Positions 63,067 through 64,000 of a DNA stretch of 64,000 nt are shown one piece after another. Made by a program: the position numbers and the translations under genes. Location of the stretch: NCBI GenBank assembly GCA_017963125.1, contig JAGCUA010000039.1, positions 13,190 to 77,189 of the forward strand, written 5' to 3'. Source of the stretch: a bacterium (lineage in GTDB: Bacteria > UBP6 > UBA1177). Each line of letters starts with the position of its first letter. The first letter of the stretch is position 1. The notes beneath the pieces were generated by a model. That model ran no database searches and had not been told where the DNA came from. It saw only the letters and a program-made list of their open reading frames with translations.

Positions 63067-64000
63067 CAGATTTGTTGCTGGAATGATCCTCAACAGATAC
63101 TTCTCCGGTTGCGAAATCAACTGTCATGAGGTATATATCTGGAAGTCCAAGTGTGTTACCGTACACATCTTCTTTGTATTGCGGAACAACAGTTGATGTC
63201 CACCAGTAATTATCTTTGAGGGCAGAGGATGGAATATAGGAAAACGGTGAATCAGTTTTTTCGTTGCTGATAATCGACACAAGCTCATTTCTGTTCGGCA
63301 TTCTCCAATCTGTAAAACCTGCATAGTCCAGCTTTTCGCAGTATTGGAGCGCTTTATTCCAGCTTCTTTCAGTGCTGTCGACATTTCCCTGCCACATGAG
63401 TTCTGTCGTGCTGTCAACATAGACAATGTCGCCATTTTCGTTTTTTTTCGTTAAATCAGCAGCTGGCAGCGTATTTCCTCCGACGCACAAAACATAGTTT
63501 TTTGCAACTTCAGACGAAGTGTTGCCAAGGTCGTTGAATTTTCTATAGATCGGGTCAACCAGTATCACAAAATCATCATCTCCGGCGAATGGAGTTGAAG
63601 TCCAGAAATCATCATTGTCAGATTCCAGAAGACTCTGTGAAATCTGTGAAAAAAGAAGATATTCAATGAAATAGCCGTCTAATGCAGGAGACAGTACACG
63701 GTCGTTCATCATTGTGAGAAACTCTTTCAAAGTCGGAATTCTCCAGCCTTCTCCACAGTAAATTTCAGCCTCCGCATAATTATATTTTTCTGTCGAAAAA
63801 AGCATTTTCCAGACAAGTCCGGAGTTCAGATCTTTTATAATTTCAATTCCGTCAAGCGTTTCCAAGTCAAAACTCTGAGGAATACATTTTCCCATGGCGG
63901 CATATAAGGCGTCTTGTCCGTAGAAACCGGCATTGTCAGAAGGCAGGCAGGAGATTTTATTTTCATTGCTGAAACATGTGGTCTGACCAGTACAGATTCT
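63050..64000 (-). CDS. DUF1566 (Lcl C-terminal-like) domain protein, 5' end runs off the window
   Basis: The reading frame stays open from 63895 to 64000 (RICTGQTTCFSNENKISCLPSDNAGFYGQDALYAA...). Two GWR(I/M)PT/N..EL motifs (GWRIPTLKEFLTM, FTDWRMPNRNELVSI) are typical of DUF1566 proteins. Confidence 0.75.
   Translation of the reverse strand, partial: RICTGQTTCFSNENKISCLPSDNAGFYGQDALYAAMGKCIPQSFDLETLDGIEIIKDLNSGLVWKMLFSTEKYNYAEAEIYCGEGWRIPTLKEFLTMMNDRVLSPALDGYFIEYLLFSQISQSLLESDNDDFWTSTPFAGDDDFVILVDPIYRKFNDLGNTSSEVAKNYVLCVGGNTLPAADLTKKNENGDIVYVDSTTELMWQGNVDSTERSWNKALQYCEKLDYAGFTDWRMPNRNELVSIISNEKTDSPFSYIPSSALKDNYWWTSTVVPQYKEDVYGNTLGLPDIYLMTVDFATGEVSVEDHSSNKSVICVR

Overview
This is a gene-dense 64-kb chromosomal window from a diderm bacterium. 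Evidence for the diderm envelope is the Tol-Pal cluster, outer-membrane barrel candidates and many lipoproteins. A DUF1566-type gene and acidic, Cys-rich lipoproteins hint at a Fibrobacter-like lineage, but I cannot confirm that. All calls come from reading the supplied translations and the DNA by eye; no database search was run.

Most of the window is housekeeping:
- Left end: buk (5' end off-window), a lipid kinase, a PP2C phosphatase, two thioredoxin-fold lipoproteins, rseP and tolQ-tolR-tolA-like-tolB-pal.
- Signalling and core genes: two Hanks kinases with PEGA-like tails, PIN-PhoH, lipB and acpS.
- Minus-strand blocks: topA-dprA-ispH-cmk, then moxR, and later mltG-der-folK-panC-fabZ.
- Also a SEDS protein, an OPT transporter, and a sigma54 activator plus histidine kinase.
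- A complete Na+-pumping methylmalonyl-CoA decarboxylase operon: epimerase, mmdA, delta-like subunit, mmdC, mmdB.

The clearly accessory part is about 7 kb (52.7-59.8 kb). It is visibly AT-richer than its flanks, sits exactly at the mmdB terminator and is bracketed by two near-identical 57-60-nt copies of that terminator. It carries a type IB-like hsdR-hsdM-hsdS system. Behind its own promoter it also carries a translationally coupled pair: an ImmA/IrrE-type Zn-peptidase and a protein with class III nucleotidyl-cyclase motifs. No recognisable effector gene accompanies the pair. I consider it the best candidate for an undescribed defence or signalling module.

Other notable items:
- A recombination scar in which a diverged second copy of the MATE 3' end is fused to a GNAT gene fragment, next to an (SDT)31 repeat lipoprotein.
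- Perfect in-frame tandem repeats in surface lipoproteins: (TD)23 and about 20 TEPT units.
- A catalytically degenerate-looking Eco57I/TaqI-like protein heading the sigma54 two-component operon.
- A roughly 1050-aa secreted coiled-coil protein.
- An mmdB with a 245-aa N-terminal fusion.
- Two families of recurring palindromic 3'-end elements.

I found no rRNA, tRNA, CRISPR array, transposase or integrase.
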